A stretch of 64,000 nucleotides of DNA from Tubiluchus corallicola. Taxonomy: Eukaryota; Animalia; Priapulida. This document shows, in pieces, positions 14,039 to 28,329 of the stretch. The notes beneath the pieces are model-generated. The model was not told the origin of the DNA, ran no database searches, and was given only the letters and a program-made list of their open reading frames with translations. Location: the NCBI GenBank assembly GCA_030141605.1, contig JAQGDQ010000503.1, forward strand, positions 1 to 64,000, written 5' to 3'. Every line of letters begins with the position of its first letter. Positions within the stretch are counted from its first letter, which is position 1. The translations under genes and the position numbers were made by a program.

Positions 14039-14789
14039 ATTTAATTATTTAAATAAGAGAACATGTCACTCAGTATATTGGGTATATTTTTTTTACTATT
14101 ATCACTTAAACATAGAACAATATAACAAAGAAATTTGCTAGAAACTGCCTATAAAGCACAAATTTAAAATATACTACTTCTGACCAGAAATTTTTAGGCA
14201 TGATGGTTGCCGCCATTCATTTGAAAATCGTGACGTAACTGTGAGACATCGTGACTTTTCGTAAGCCCGTGTTGCTTAAACTAATTCAAACTTACTTGTG
14301 CAGCTTACCTAAAGTTGATGCAAAAATATTACAAAATCAATCATCTGTTTTTTGTAAAAACTTATTTTACTCTTTGATGAAGATTGGCGTTGCGCCACTT
14401 TTCTTCAAGACGAACGACATCATTGAAAGAAGGGTGGACGGCTGCGCGTTTCAAAATGGGAGCGTCCGATATGGAAATGAACATGATTTTAAAGTGATTT
14501 TACTAGCTACACGAGACACTTATTGCACTTTTATTGCTAAATTCTTTCTAACATTTTTTGCAAACACAGAAATAAGCTGAACTTCCTAGAAGGTTTGGCC
14601 TTTGATGCATGATGTTGCCTCCCCCCTGACAATCTAACATAGAGCTTCTAGTTTTTTACTGTATTAACTGCTGTTTAAAGAATTTGTTTTGAGAACCGAA
14701 TTCTTTATGTTTAAAGTCTGCCTGCCCTTCACTTGTAATGCGCGTAATTGCATAACTGAAATGACGGTGTGAAATTTAGTCTCATAGTC

Positions 14790-14792
14790 ATA

Positions 14793-14840
<48 letters not shown>

Positions 14841-14876
14841 GTTATTTTTATTATTATGATTATGATTATTATTATG

Positions 14877-14920
<44 letters not shown>

Positions 14921-14945
14921 TATTATTACCATTATTATTATTATT
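14790..14945. repeat. (ATT)n microsatellite; an (AAT)n run also lies at 11170-11240
   Basis: Read directly. Confidence 0.95.
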
Positions 14946-15126
14946 GTTGTTGATTATAATTACGTTGGCTAAATTTGGCACTGGGTATGTTAGTATAACA
15001 TAGGTGTTTCTATTGTTGATTGATGTCTGTTGTACGAACATTAGAAGAACATTAGAAGAACGCTCGTATTGTGATGCTATAATCCCAGCTGCAGCCTAAT
15101 GTCACTTTTTCCTTTGCACGGTACAG

Positions 15127-15257
15127 CTGTACACACTAATGATGATGACGTTTTTTGCAGAACATGGTCTAAGATACTATCCAACACTAAGAAGACCCTC
15201 CAATAACGGTCCCGTAAATATTTCATTGGCGTTCAAGTAATACAGATTGCTGAAGTA
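15127..15257 (+). pseudogene. Possible pseudo-exon of a Cys-loop (nAChR-like) receptor subunit N-terminus
   Basis: With one frameshift reads ...TFFAEHGLRYYPTLRRPSNNGPVNI/IGVQVIQIAEV|gtacgg, resembling the nAChR motif LF..Y...RP......VNV.IG....QI.DV that ends at a conserved intron. Confidence 0.4.
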
Positions 15258-15564
15258 GTACGGTCTCCATAAATATTCAAAAATGTTGTTCATTTTGAAT
15301 TTTGATTGCTTGTTCAATATTTAGTAACAATAAATGTCTCTATTGTGTTTTGTGCCTCATGCCTTTTATCTTCAAAACTGTAATTATGAATGATGGTATG
15401 TAGTAGTAGCTTAGCTCACTTACAAAAACATTAGTACATGCAGAATAAAGCTCGATCAAGTGATCTGGAAGATCTCAGAATGCATTATACATATTATGAG
15501 GACACAATGGAATAATTGTGATGGCAATGTGAATTTGACGATCATTTTCATTGGTTTGAAAATA

Positions 15565-15813
15565 AGATAGTGCTCTTCTGAGACTTGTGATGGTCAGATA
15601 GTGCTCTTCTGAGACTTGTGATGGTCAGATAGTGCTCTTCTGAGACTTGTGATGGTCAGATAGTGCTCTTCTGAGACTTGTGATGGTCAGATAGTGCTCT
15701 TCTGAGACTTGTGATGGTCAGATAGTGCTCTACTGAGACTTGTGATGGTCAGATAGTGCTCTTCTGAGACTTGTGATGGTCAGATAGTGCTCTTCTGAGA
15801 CTTGTGATGGTCA
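15565..15813. repeat. 31-bp minisatellite (agatagtgctcttctgagacttgtgatggtc), 8 copies
   Basis: Near-perfect tandem units. Confidence 0.95.
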
Positions 15814-16219
15814 TAATCATAAAAGCATCGCATGAGCATTTTGATTTCTTCTTGTACGATTATACACATTGTCATTAATTATTAATTACTGTCACTATGT
15901 CCGTTAAATTTGGCACTGCGTTTTGTAGTATGACATAGATGTTTCTTTTGCTGATTGATGTCAGGTGTACGAATGATATAAGAACAATTTCCACGTGTGT
16001 TATGATTTCATATTTCAGTTGCAGCCTCATGGTTCTTATCGGTAAAACCGTCATTATGAACCAATGAAATAGCGTCTTTGTTAACTTGTTCACTAGCAAA
16101 AATATTAGTACATATTATGATGACTAATGAGAGATAAAAATAGAAAAAATAAAGATAGAAAAAAAGCTGATTACAAAAGCCAATTAATGAGAGAGAAAAG
16201 TTTGATTTATAACATCCAT

Positions 16220-16905
16220 AATGCAATATAAATACTACATGTGTTGCTAATCCTGACTCTGTAATTACTACTAGTACTATTTAATGAGAGATCATACTTC
16301 CGAAACAACTAAATGTGTAAGGTCAAAATATGCAATATAAATACTACATGTACGTGTGTTGCTAATCCTCACTCTGTAATTACTACTAGTACTATTTAAT
16401 GAGAGATCATACTTCCGAAACAACTAAATGTGTAAGGTCCAAATATGCAATATAAATACTACATGTACGTGTGTTGCTAATCCTGACTCTGTAATTACTA
16501 CTAGTACTATTTAATGAGAGATCATACTTCCGAAACAACTAAATGTGTAAGGTCAAAATATGCAATATAAATACTACATGTACGTGTGTTGCTAATCCTC
16601 ACTCTGTAATTACTACTAGTACTATTTAATGAGAGATCATACTTCCGAAACAACTAAATGTGTAAGGTCAAAATATGCAATATAAATACTACATGTACGT
16701 GTGTTGCTAATCCTCACTCTGTAATTACTACTAATACTATTTAATGTGAGATCATACTTCCGAAACAACTAAATGTGTAAGGTCAAAATATGCAATATAA
16801 ATACTACATCTACGTGTATTGCTAATCCTGACTCTGTAATTACTACTAGTACTATTTAATGAGAGATCATACTTCCGAAACAACTAAATTTGGAAGGTCA
16901 AAATA
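16220..16905. repeat. 115-bp tandem repeat, about 6 copies
   Basis: Unit starts recur at 16330, 16445, 16560, 16675 and 16790. Confidence 0.95.
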
Positions 16906-18121
16906 ATAACAGAAGCGCAGGCTGTTGAAAATACTGACGCGTGGAAAAAACTAAAGCACTGAAATATCAACTACACATTGTTATGATCCGGCAAATTATG
17001 CACTCGTATTTTTTGTAACAACAGAAGCAATACTCGGATCACTTTACAAAACTCCGAAGTGTGGGAGCCACCCGATTTCAAACTGTGGTAAAAATAAGTA
17101 TGTCATCAAACTATGCTACGCACATGTTGGAATCAGAAACAAATTCAAATTAAACAAGCCAGCTGAGAAATGATCTCCTGTTTCATCATTTGACATGCAA
17201 CGCATGCAATTAAGGGTAATGAGTCGAACTATTTTCATCAAAAAGAAATGTGGTGACTTAATAAAAAAAAAATCTTGCATTTAATAATTATATTCGTGAT
17301 AATTTTGGTAATTCTAATAAACGATATAACAGTAAACAATGTTTATATGAGAATACTGCTATGCTGGTGGAGATAGAGTGCCGAAAGACCAAGAGGTCAC
17401 CCAGCGGTCACCCCTATTTAAGCAACATTAATTGTATTGTTAATTAGGTGACAATAGTTGCAGCTTTGTGCGAGATTTATTTAATTTGAAGAAAATATTG
17501 CATCGAAATAACAATAAAAATAGTAATAATAACTATGCATCAAATTATCAAAATGGCAAAACATGTTGTATGAATAATCTATGTAACATAATTATGTAAT
17601 ACACTAGAAAAAGTTAATTACATCCCTTACAAAATCACATGCAAATTATATTCAATCAATTCAAGGAAATAATAAAATATAATGTGATGATAATATTAAT
17701 AATAAACACGCATCAAAATGCATAATGTTAACAATTGATAACAGTGAAATACGTTGGGAAAAAATTAATTTCATGTAAAATAAAATCAGATGCAATAATC
17801 AAGCAAAAAATGAAATTATAATTACACGAATGTGATCTAAGATATCAAATAAACCATGCGTCAAGATAGTCAAATGCGTGTATAGAAATAGAGATAGAAC
17901 ATCACAGTACCTTGAGCCCCAGAATTATCAGATATTTTGTTCAATTGCATTGCTGTTTAGCTTTGTTGTAATATTCGAGCCCTGCTAAAAATGACATCAT
18001 TATTACGAATGAAAATAAAAATCCGTATAGCAAATTTTAAGTACAAATCTAGTTTATTAGGCCGTTTTAGTTTTCACCAGTTAATATTATGCTTGTTTGT
18101 TCACCACGTCTTGCTTGTTTA

Positions 18122-18407
18122 GACCAGACGGTTTAGTCTAGTGGTAATGCGTCTGCTTTCCGTCTGGGAGGTCGTGAGTTCGAACCAGCGGCCGGGTCAT
18201 ACCAAAGACTTTAAAAATGGTACCGCTGTTGCCCTGCCTGACGCGCGTGGTATTTAGGGTAAAAGTGAGGTAATAATAGTCTCTGTTATGTAGTTGTAGG
18301 TTGTTATTTACAGTCGGCGATAATAGCTCTTTGAGCTAATGTTAATTGTTGACCCAAAAGCCGACCTTAAATAAATGTTACTATTATTATTATTACTATT
18401 ATTATTA
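18122..18407 (+). mobile_element. tRNA-derived SINE
   Basis: A box TAGTCTAGTGG, B box GTTCGAACC, body ggtcataccaaagactttaaaaatggtac, then AATAAA and a (TAT)n tail. Confidence 0.8.
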
Positions 18408-18489
18408 CGTACGCATACTTCTGCAAGCAGCCGGCAGGAGTCGTATTATTCTAAATACTATGCATAATAGATCATAAGTGGTATCACAG

Positions 18490-21400
18490 AGAGAGAGAGA
18501 GAGAGGAGAAAAAAGAATGCTCATCACGTTTTTCGTACTAAAGCAACATTTTACGTGTATTTCCATTTATTTCTTTTTGCGCGCGACAGAGGGCAGCAGC
18601 TTGCAATCTCATATTTCTTTTTGCGCGCGACAGAGGGCAGCAGCTTGCAATCTCAAAACTTGTAGTCACATGAGTGACATGAGTGTCGTGTGTTGTGCAC
18701 GAGGTGGCAGCAGTAAATTACCTGAAGTCAATGTATTCTCTGAGCAAAAGTCATTATAAAATGTGAGGAATGGAGTAAAATAAACTTGCGAATCTGACAG
18801 ATTCTTGAACTTTAATTTTAGAAATTTTTTTGAGAATTTCATATTTTTAAGTGACTGTTATAGTGTTACATTCATTAAATTGCTTTCTTTGCTTCAATCC
18901 CTAATGATGAAGTAAATATTTCAATTAAATTCTCTGCTTCAAATATGACTAAAGGTAGAAACGTCTAAAAAATCAGACATTAAGCTGGATTTGAAGCAAA
19001 GGCCTCGAAATACAAACTAAAATGATTTAATCTGTAAACTATGCTTGTTTTTTGTGACTAAAGCAGATTTTTAATTTCTCTATATATATATATATATATA
19101 TTGCTATATTATAGTGTTATAATATTAAACCAGGTTTTATCCTGGTCTCAAAGTAACTGAGTTGTCTAAGTGTTTACGTGATCGTAACTCAAACATTCAA
19201 TAAAGTGAGAGTGTTTTCTGTAATTCATCAATTATAAACTCGTTCCATTTATAAATTTACAACTTATTTACGTAATTGTTGAGTAGATTCACATTGTAGT
19301 TTCACAAGATAAAACAAGGTACTAGAATAAACTATATAAAAGCAAACAACACTAATTTAGTACCAGCTACAATAAATTTAATAATTGTTTAATGTCGTCA
19401 TTACTACATTGTTATTTTATTGTTACAAAAACAACATATGAAATTAATCACAATGTATATTCGAAAAATATTTACAATGTAATACAATTAAAAAATTTTC
19501 TCAAATTCTCAATTTTGTTCATTACTCTAAACATCAATATAAATTTTACATTAGACAGAGAACTTTTTTTACACATTTATTGTAATGTAATAGTGTTCAG
19601 TGCCGTCAGCCTCTCTATATGCTGTCCACTATATTCTAACATTATTTAAAATCAGCAGTACCGGAAATCTGCTCTAGCAGTACAGGAAAAATCTACTTCA
19701 GCAGAAACACTTGTAATCCGACCGTCTCATAACACATAGCAGTGAAGGCATAACTTATTCAATTATTTACAATGGTTCTTCTGAACTTTCTTGCGTTAAA
19801 TCAGCATCAACAGCGAGTAAGCGCTGAACTAAATACACGTGCCCATTATCAGATGCCAACATGACAGCAGTCTCTCCATCGTTGTTACTGATGTTAATAT
19901 CAGCTCCCCTATCTAGTAAGAGCTGAACTACATTCAAGTACCCTTCAATAGATGCCAACATGAGAGCAGTCTCTCCATAGTTGTCACTGATGTTAATATC
20001 AGCTCCACTGTCTAGCAAGAGCTGAACTACATTCAAGTGCCCATTAATAGATGCCAACATGAGAGCAGTCTGTCCATCGTTGTTACTGATGTTAGTATCA
20101 GCTCCACTGTCTAGAAAGAGCTGAACTACATTCCCGTGCCCATTAATAGATGCCCACACGAGAGCAGTCCATCCATCGTAGTCACTGATGTTAATATCAG
20201 CTCCCCTGTCTAGTAAGAGCTGAACTACATTCAAGTGCCCATTAAAAGATGCGAACATGAGAGCAGTCCGTCCATCGTTGTTAGTGATGTTAATATCAGC
20301 TCCCCTATCTAGTAAGAGCTGAACTACATTCCCGTGCCCATTAATAGATGCCCACACGAGAGCAGTCCATCCATCGTAGTCACTGATGTTAATATCAGCT
20401 CCACTGTCTAGCAAGAGCTGAACTACATTCATGTGCCCATAAATAGATGCCAACATGAGAGCAGTCATTCCATCGTAGTCACTGATGTTAATATCAGCTC
20501 CACTATCTAGTAAGAGCTGAACTACATTTACGTGTCCGTTTTCAGATGCCGTCATGAGAGCAGTCCCTCCAACGTTGTTGCTGATGTTAATATCAGCTCC
20601 ACTGTCTAGTAAGAGCTGAACTACATTCACGTGCCCATTAAAAGCTGCCAACATGAGAGCAGTCCGTCCATAGTTGTTACTGATGTTAATATCAGCTCCA
20701 CTGTCTAGTAAGAGCTGAACTGCATTCAAGTACCCATTAATAGATGCCAACATGAGAGCAGTCCGTCCATAGTTGTCACTGATGTTAATATCAGCTCCAC
20801 TGTCTAGTAAGAGCTGAACTACATTCAAGTGCCCATTAATAGATGCCCACATGAGAGCAGTCCGTCCATACTTGTTACTGATGTTAATATCAGCTCCACT
20901 ATCTAGTAAGAGCTGAACTACATTCACGTGCCCATTAATAGATGCCCACATGAGAGCAGTCCGTCCATCGTTGTCACTGATGCTAATATCAGCTCCACTG
21001 TCTAGTAAGAGCTGAACTACATTCAAGTGCCCATGAAAAGATGCCAACATGAGAGCAGTCATTCCATCGTAGTCACTGATGTTAATATCAGCTCCACTAT
21101 CTAGTAAGAGCTGAACTACATTCACGTGCCCATTAACAGATGCACACCTGAGAGCAGTCTCTCCAAGCGAGTTTCTGAAGTTGCAGTCAGCACCTTCAGT
21201 GAGCAACCGCTGAACTTCATGAATGTCTCCATCTTTAGCTGCTCGAAGTAGTTGTCTATTTAATCCAAATTCTTCTGCTGTTTTAGAACGACACATTTTT
21301 AGATCAATCCTGTTCCCTGATCAGAATCGTGACATGCTATTCGCCTAAGTGCAGTATTCCTACAGGATAAACCTGACAGCACCACCTATAGATAATGAAA

Positions 21401-21513
21401 GACAATTATTTTATTTTGAAAGACATTGTTGTAATATGCTTTATTTTATAGTCTGGGTGTTTAATATTTTTAATAATTTTGAAATCATTGCTTAGGAAAT
21501 TGATTCAAATCAA
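18490..21513. repeat. Segmental duplication copy 1 (paralogous to 33905-36630)
   Basis: Colinear, high identity across the 3' flank, CDS and 5' intron end. Confidence 0.9.
19767..21296 (-). CDS. Ankyrin-repeat-only protein A (509 aa: N-cap, 13 internal 33-aa repeats, C-cap)
   Basis: Uninterrupted ORF of GxTALxxASxxGHxNVVQLLLDSGADINISxxx repeats. In-frame stop upstream of the ATG; 5'UTR acceptor tctatag| with exon start at 21385. Confidence 0.92.
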   Translation of the reverse strand: MCRSKTAEEFGLNRQLLRAAKDGDIHEVQRLLTEGADCNFRNSLGETALRCASVNGHVNVVQLLLDSGADINISDYDGMTALMLASFHGHLNVVQLLLDSGADISISDNDGRTALMWASINGHVNVVQLLLDSGADINISNKYGRTALMWASINGHLNVVQLLLDSGADINISDNYGRTALMLASINGYLNAVQLLLDSGADINISNNYGRTALMLAAFNGHVNVVQLLLDSGADINISNNVGGTALMTASENGHVNVVQLLLDSGADINISDYDGMTALMLASIYGHMNVVQLLLDSGADINISDYDGWTALVWASINGHGNVVQLLLDRGADINITNNDGRTALMFASFNGHLNVVQLLLDRGADINISDYDGWTALVWASINGHGNVVQLFLDSGADTNISNNDGQTALMLASINGHLNVVQLLLDSGADINISDNYGETALMLASIEGYLNVVQLLLDRGADINISNNDGETAVMLASDNGHVYLVQRLLAVDADLTQESSEEPL

Positions 21514-24500
21514 ACAAGAAACCCGTAATGACAACGTAAAATAAACAGAGAAATCATTCAATCAACTCTCAATATTTCACTTTCATTTCACCTCTTTATT
21601 TGCATCTTACGCTGATATTACAAAGTTATTAAGATTCACATAGACAAGTTAATCTTTGTACAAACGTCGCTATTGTTTCTGGGAAGGAAGCTATTTGTAG
21701 CCATGACATTTCTTAAAATTTGTTCTTTGTTGACATAAAGAGTCACGTGTATTAAGAAATGTCATGACTACAAATGGCTACAAGTATCAATTAAACACGT
21801 GGGACAGTATGAACACAATGATATGATATGTATATCTAATCACCATTATTTGTGACTGTTAAATAATTTCTGACCCATTAATAAAAAAATAATTGTTTTA
21901 TAGATTATGTATCTGTCTTGATCTAGACACTTGGTTACTTAAGTAAGATCTTTGATAATGTAATGTGCGGCTTGTGGATGTAGCTTTGTTAAAAGCATAA
22001 ACTTTGCATAATCTAAAAATTAAGAACAATAGATGAAATCTAGTCTGAGCTCAGTTATTCAATTTGACAATTTGTCTGCAGGTGAAGCCAAAATGGGTTT
22101 TATACGGCATTCCATTTGCAGAAGTACAGGGTGGGTCGAAATTAATGCTACATTTTTGTGAACAGTAAAACACTGAAAGACAGGAAATACAATAAGCAAA
22201 AAATTGGGTTATGACGGAATTTTCAAATTCTACCAATACAAAGTTGAAGTTTGATTTAAATTTGATGCAAGCTATAAATGCAAATAATTTTAAATAATAG
22301 ATATGATGATGATGGTCTTATTAATAATAATGATGATAATGATGATGGTGACGACGATGATGATAATAATAATAATAATAATAGCAATAACAAAAATAAT
22401 AACAAATAAAACAAAGTAAATATTAACACAAACTGCATAATGCCTGAAAGATTTTCTGTGTTATTACCTAGTTTAGAACCACCATCAAATTTCAGCAAAA
22501 ATGTCATAAACAGACAGATGTGAAAAAGGGACGATTTTTTTTTATCTGTAATCAATATTTACTTACTCCCAGAAAGAATTGAACTACTAAATCACAAATG
22601 ACAATTTTTCAAGTTTGTTCATCACTTTTTAACAACTTACCAAATGTAACTTGACAGAGTTGAGAGAGAAAGAAAAAGCTCAATGATGACGAGTAATTCA
22701 CAACTGACAAAACAACCTAAAAAACAAAGAAAAAAATCACAATTGAATCTTGACTGTAAGAAATCATAGTGATTTTTGACAATTTCTGAATCATTTCTAA
22801 ATGCAAAAACGTGTGATTGGTTAATGATAACTCAGTTATCTCTTACTGTTTATTAAAACGGTAACAAAACATAATTTTTTCAAAACTTCTTCTTCTTTGT
22901 TAAGTGCACTTTATTTTCAAAATGCAGCAAATAAAACTTTCTTTTTAAGTCTTAGTTGTCTGTTGTTCTGATAACCAAAACAATGAAAAATTTTATTTCA
23001 AATTTAAATGCAGTACTTTTAAATAACCAAGACTACATCTCACTCGTGACTTGTCAGTATGTTGGTATCTCAGCAGAAGAGAAACTGCCGTGAAGAAGTG
23101 GCGTACGATTTTAGATGCTCATAGTTGAGCAACCTGGAATTGCATTGTAACAGATGGGTGACTGCAGTAAACTGATTTTTGGAGTTTATGCTTGTGACGC
23201 TGTCTCTAGTAATAAAGCTTAGGCACTAAAGGTGAGTGTAATAAAAATATGAAGGTCTTGTTGCTGAAATTGTGTCTAGATATTTACCTTGGTGGTTAAA
23301 GGTGAATATACTTAAAAAACTGCAAATTCAATTTAAGAGAATTGTCCTAGATAAAACGTCTTGACAATTACATAAAACCCATTTTCTAGTGAAAGCTGAT
23401 TTTAACTTACTGAGTACCAGACAAAGTCACTAGATAAAAATTACATAAAGAATTATAATTGCCGAAAAATACAAAAATTGTCAGTTTTCGAACTTTTCTT
23501 GTGAATGGTACTTAAGTATCTTACCTGATGTAAATTGTTTAATGTTTAGCTGACAGCAGACCAACTCCAAGGCAACCAGTTTATGCAGGATGAGGAATTC
23601 AGAATTAGGAAAGAGCCTGGAAAGGATACAACAATAATTACAATCAGTTTGCACATCCAAACATGTGTGCTGCAGTATATTCAAGAATGTTACTTCAGTT
23701 GGAACCAGGAACAACATAGTAGAAAACCTTTTAATAAACGTTCTATGGTCAGTAATCGTTCAGTAATTAATTATCAATTTCCGTATTTGTAGAACAAAAT
23801 CAAGTTGTTAAGCGCCTTGTCGAAAAGAAAGAGAATGATAATCAATTAATGAGTAATCAACACTAAATAAAAATGCCACTAAAATTTTGAAAAAAAAATA
23901 GTTGAAAGAACGCCACTTTTATGATGGAGTCACAGAATTAATGAAGTTTTTGTGTCATTTACTTGAGTAGGAAGAAAAAATGCCAGTTTCTATACTAAAT
24001 GTATTTTTATAGATGTATTTTCTATATGGTTTCAAAAACACCCTGATACAAGTTGGTGCAGTAAAAACGTGCCACCAAAACAAACTCGTAATATTTCACT
24101 ATGGAACACGCATTCAAAATAGTAATACAGACAATCTTATAGCATAGTTTTTTTCCAAAGCAAATTCCCCAAGACCCTTACAAACCTGCTAAGTGCCATT
24201 AGAAGATTTTTTTATATACTGTGTTCATCACATTTACAGTACCTCATTCACTGCATTTAAAATGTACTAAAATTACTCCAAAAACGTGGTAGAACGAGAC
24301 GTTAAAGCAGGAAAAAGATGCAAAAGGAATCTTACAAAATGTACCTATTATCATTAAACGATACCAACGGAAATTAAAAAATCGAAATTTTTTAAGTGTC
24401 AGTGAATTCTCATAATTCTCATAATTATGTGGACGGATCCACATAATTGAACAGCTAGAAGGAATGCAAAGCAAAGCCAAAATGTTCTAATATAGGGTTG

Positions 24501-24939
24501 TCCAGACCAAACTAATTTGCAACTTTTCACATTAGTAGAGGCATTTGGAGGCACACAATATCGCGCATCTCACCTTTACAAAATTATAAATTTTTACCAA
24601 AGACCAACACAAAGAGCAGTTGAGTTTTTTCTATTTATCAGTTCACAGTTCAGAATCATTTTACTGGTTTTAAAACTTGCCAAAATTTGCTCCAAAATGG
24701 CGTTCGTTAGGAGGTTGAATCAGGAAAAAGATTCATAAGATTCAAAAGAAGCAGCAAATCAACTTGATATTAGTAACTGATATTTATTCATCTCAAAGGA
24801 AAAAACGATAATCATTTAATAACTAATTACAAAAAACTAAATTAATAGCCATTAAATAAACCTCCAAAATGAAAATCTAGCCATATTTAAATTTGCAATT
24901 TTAATTAAGATAGAGAACTGCCCTAAATTACACATTCAC

Positions 24940-26062
24940 ATGCGTTATCTTAAATTATTTCATTCAAAGGTGCTACAATAAATTCGTGATACCTTAAATC
25001 TATGCATAAAAAAATGCTGCCCTAAATCTATGCATCCAAATGTGCTGCCCTAGATCTACACATCCAAATGTGCTGCCCTAAATCTACACATCCAAATGTG
25101 CTGCCCTGAATTTATGCCTCCAAATGTGATACCCTAATTCTATGCATCCAAATGGGCTGCCCTAAATCTACACATCCAAATGTGCTGCCCTAAATCTATG
25201 CATACAAATGTGCTGCCCTAAATCTATGCATCCAAATGTGCTGCCCTAAATCTACACATCCAAATGTGCTGCCCTAAATCTACACATCCAAATGTGCTGC
25301 CCTAAATCTACACATCCAAATGTGCTGCCCTAAATCTACACATCCAAATGTGCTGCCCTAAATCTACACATCCAAATGTACTGCCCTAAATCTACACATC
25401 CAAATGTGCTGCCCTAAATCTATGCATACAAATGTGCTGCCCTAAATCTACACATCCAAATGTGCTGCCCTAAATCTACACATCCAAATGTGCTGCCCTA
25501 AATCTACACATCCAAATGTGCTGCCCTAATTCTACACATCCAAATGTGCTGCCCTAAGCCATATATACATGTGTTATCTTAAATTATTTCACTCAAAGGT
25601 GCAATTCAAAATTCGTGATACCTTAAATCTATGTATAAAAATATGCTGCCCTAATTCAATACATCCAAATGTGCTGCCCTAAATTTACACATCCAAATGT
25701 GCTGCCCTGAATTTATGCCTCCAAATGTGATACCCTAATTCTATGCATCCAAATGGGCTGCCCTAAATCTACACATCCAAATGTGCTGCCCTAAATCTAT
25801 GCATACAAATGTGCTGCCCTAAATCTACACATCCAAATGTGCTGCCCTAAATCTACACATCCAAATGTGCTGCCCTAAATCTACACATCCAAATGTGCTG
25901 CCCTAAATCTACACATCCAAATGTGCTGCCCTAAATCTACACATCCAAATGTGCTGCCCTAAATCTACACATCAAAATGTGCTGCCCTAAATTCATGCAT
26001 CCAAATGATGTACCCTAAATCTATCCACCCAATGTGCTGCCCTAAATTTGTGCATCCAAATT
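24940..26062. repeat. 28-bp satellite (ccctaaatctacacatccaaatgtgctg) arranged as two ~630-bp higher-order blocks
   Basis: The leader tgYgttatcttaaattatttcaYtcaaaggtgc recurs at about 24941 and 25570, followed by the same order of variant monomers. Confidence 0.9.
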
Positions 26063-28329
26063 CGCTTAAGGTTTAAGGGTACAAATAGTTTTCTTACTAA
26101 CCAATATAGTGACCTGCTTAAGGAAAATGCACGTGCATTGCACAGAATTACTAAAAGTATTATTGCTGGTCGTATTTAATTCGTGAAAAAGTTGCATGTT
26201 AATTCCATAGTTAAGAAAAATCCTCTAACATGAGACAATAAACTGAAAAAGGTATTTTGACCACGTTTGGTTTTATTTGCATTTACTCTCAGCAAGATAA
26301 ACAGATTCCTAACCAGGCTGGAAATTGCTTAACTTCAGCCTTTATTAACTATGACCACTGAGAAAATCTCTTTGAAAAACCAGGGAAGTCTTATCAAGTC
26401 TTATTTTATCTCCAAGTAAAATCCCATTTTCAGTCAGCATTTAAATACACAAAACTTAATTAAAACCTATTGGTAAAACTTCCAACAATGTAAATTCCTT
26501 TTAAAAATAATGACATCGGATTTTTTGCAAGGTACCAAGATGCACTTATTCAAGATCACATACTGCAACGAAGTCATGCATATAAAAAAGCTGCCCTAAG
26601 TGCATACATTCAGATGTTCTACCCTAAATTCAAAAATTCAAGGGTGCTACTCTAAACTCAGGCACGTAGGTGTGCTGTCCAAATTTATTTACTAAAAAAT
26701 GCCGGACCTAAGCCGTGTATGCAAACGTGATGACCTAAATTTATGAATTTAAATGTAATGTCATAAATTTATGCATTCAACGGTATAATGAAAATCCATG
26801 TGCTGCCCTAAATTCATGCAATGAAATTCATGCTGACACAACTATCCATTTTCAAGAGTGTAACCTTTCCTGAGTGTTATCAAATTCTTGCAATCATAAG
26901 TGTGGTGCTGAACCCTTATGTCTAATATGGTTGCTTCAACATATCTGCCTTTTTAACTACCAATACATGGTCAATAATCAGTCAATAATTAGTAATAAAA
27001 AAATGTAAAACAAAGTTTATAAACTGAATTCTTATATTGTGAAAAACAGCAACAACACAAAAAACTGACAATTTTTGGGCAAACTTCTTTTACTTACTTG
27101 TGAGATGAAACTTGTGAAGCTGAACGTAACCTTGACAACAATTCACTAATCGCCAGTAATGATAAAAAAACCCTGAAACGCAAGAACTAATATTTAGACA
27201 TAATAAACAATAAGCACTGTAATAGGCCTAGAGGAACAAGGCGTCTTCCTAATACCCAATTTGGAAAAAGGCAGTTAAACAAACATGCATTGTTATTTTA
27301 AAATGATAGAGAAATGAATGAAAAGAAATAAAAAATGACGATTTAATATTTTATTTGTAACAATTATTTTACTATAAAAACCAACGAATGCAATAAATCA
27401 TAAACGACGCTTTTATCAAGTTCGTGTATCTTTATTCAACAACTTACCAGATGTAACTTGATGCTGACAGACTTGACAGTGAGAAGAACAGCTCAGCAAC
27501 GATTTAGTAAAAGAGCCTAAAGTATAAAAAAACAATCATAAAAGAGAATAAACTCAAATTTTCGACTCATTTAAATCATGGTGATTTTGATTTTATTTGA
27601 TTTTTTTTCTGATGATAAAAAATAAGAATGATTAATAAAAACTCAGTTATCTATTACTTGATTACTAATGTGGTTCTTTGAATATTATACAAACAAGATT
27701 AGAATGAGGTCAAAATTGTTCAAATACAAATTTAAAGTTGACATTTTATTGTAATTCGTTGTTAAATTTAGATAATTTCTAATAACAATAATAATGATGA
27801 TGATAATAATGATGATTATTACGAGCAATTTTCCTTGATGAAACATTAAGATGACAAAGGCTTGTTCAGCGTGTCTCTCAGTAATTAAACACACAAAAGC
27901 TAAATCGATAGCTATTTGTGAAGCCTTCACAAAATGCAAAATTTCTAAAAATAATTTAAACTTTTCTTATTTTATGTATGCAACTACTTAGCAGGGGTAA
28001 CTTGTGCCCCCATGAAGGTGATGACAGAACAAACTGAAACCAAATAAATAATGACAAGTTATTTTGACATTTGCATGAAGAGTACTGCCCAGATGCATTT
28101 ACTGAAGAAAAAGATCAATCAATCAATCAATCAATTCCAGATCAAAATCCATGCATCCAAAAATGCTGTCCCAAATTCATGTATTCAAGAAACTGACCCG
28201 AATCCACATATTCAGGAGTGCTACTTTGAAACCATACATTCAAAAGTGTGACCTAATCTATGCATTGATAAATGATGTCGTGAACCCGTTTGTATAAGCA
28301 GGATCTGCTGCAATAGATTCAATTATTAT

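Noticed and set aside
15565-16905. 31-bp and 115-bp arrays as CRISPR arrays
   Set aside because: Units are identical along their full length; there are no spacers.
18122-18195. tRNA gene
   Set aside because: Has A/B boxes but no clean cloverleaf and continues into a SINE body and tail.
19767-21296. Ankyrin ORFs as bacterial contamination or recent horizontal transfer
   Set aside because: They are embedded among spliceosomal genes and share a conserved upstream splice acceptor and duplicated host-like flanks. An ancient transfer cannot be tested here.
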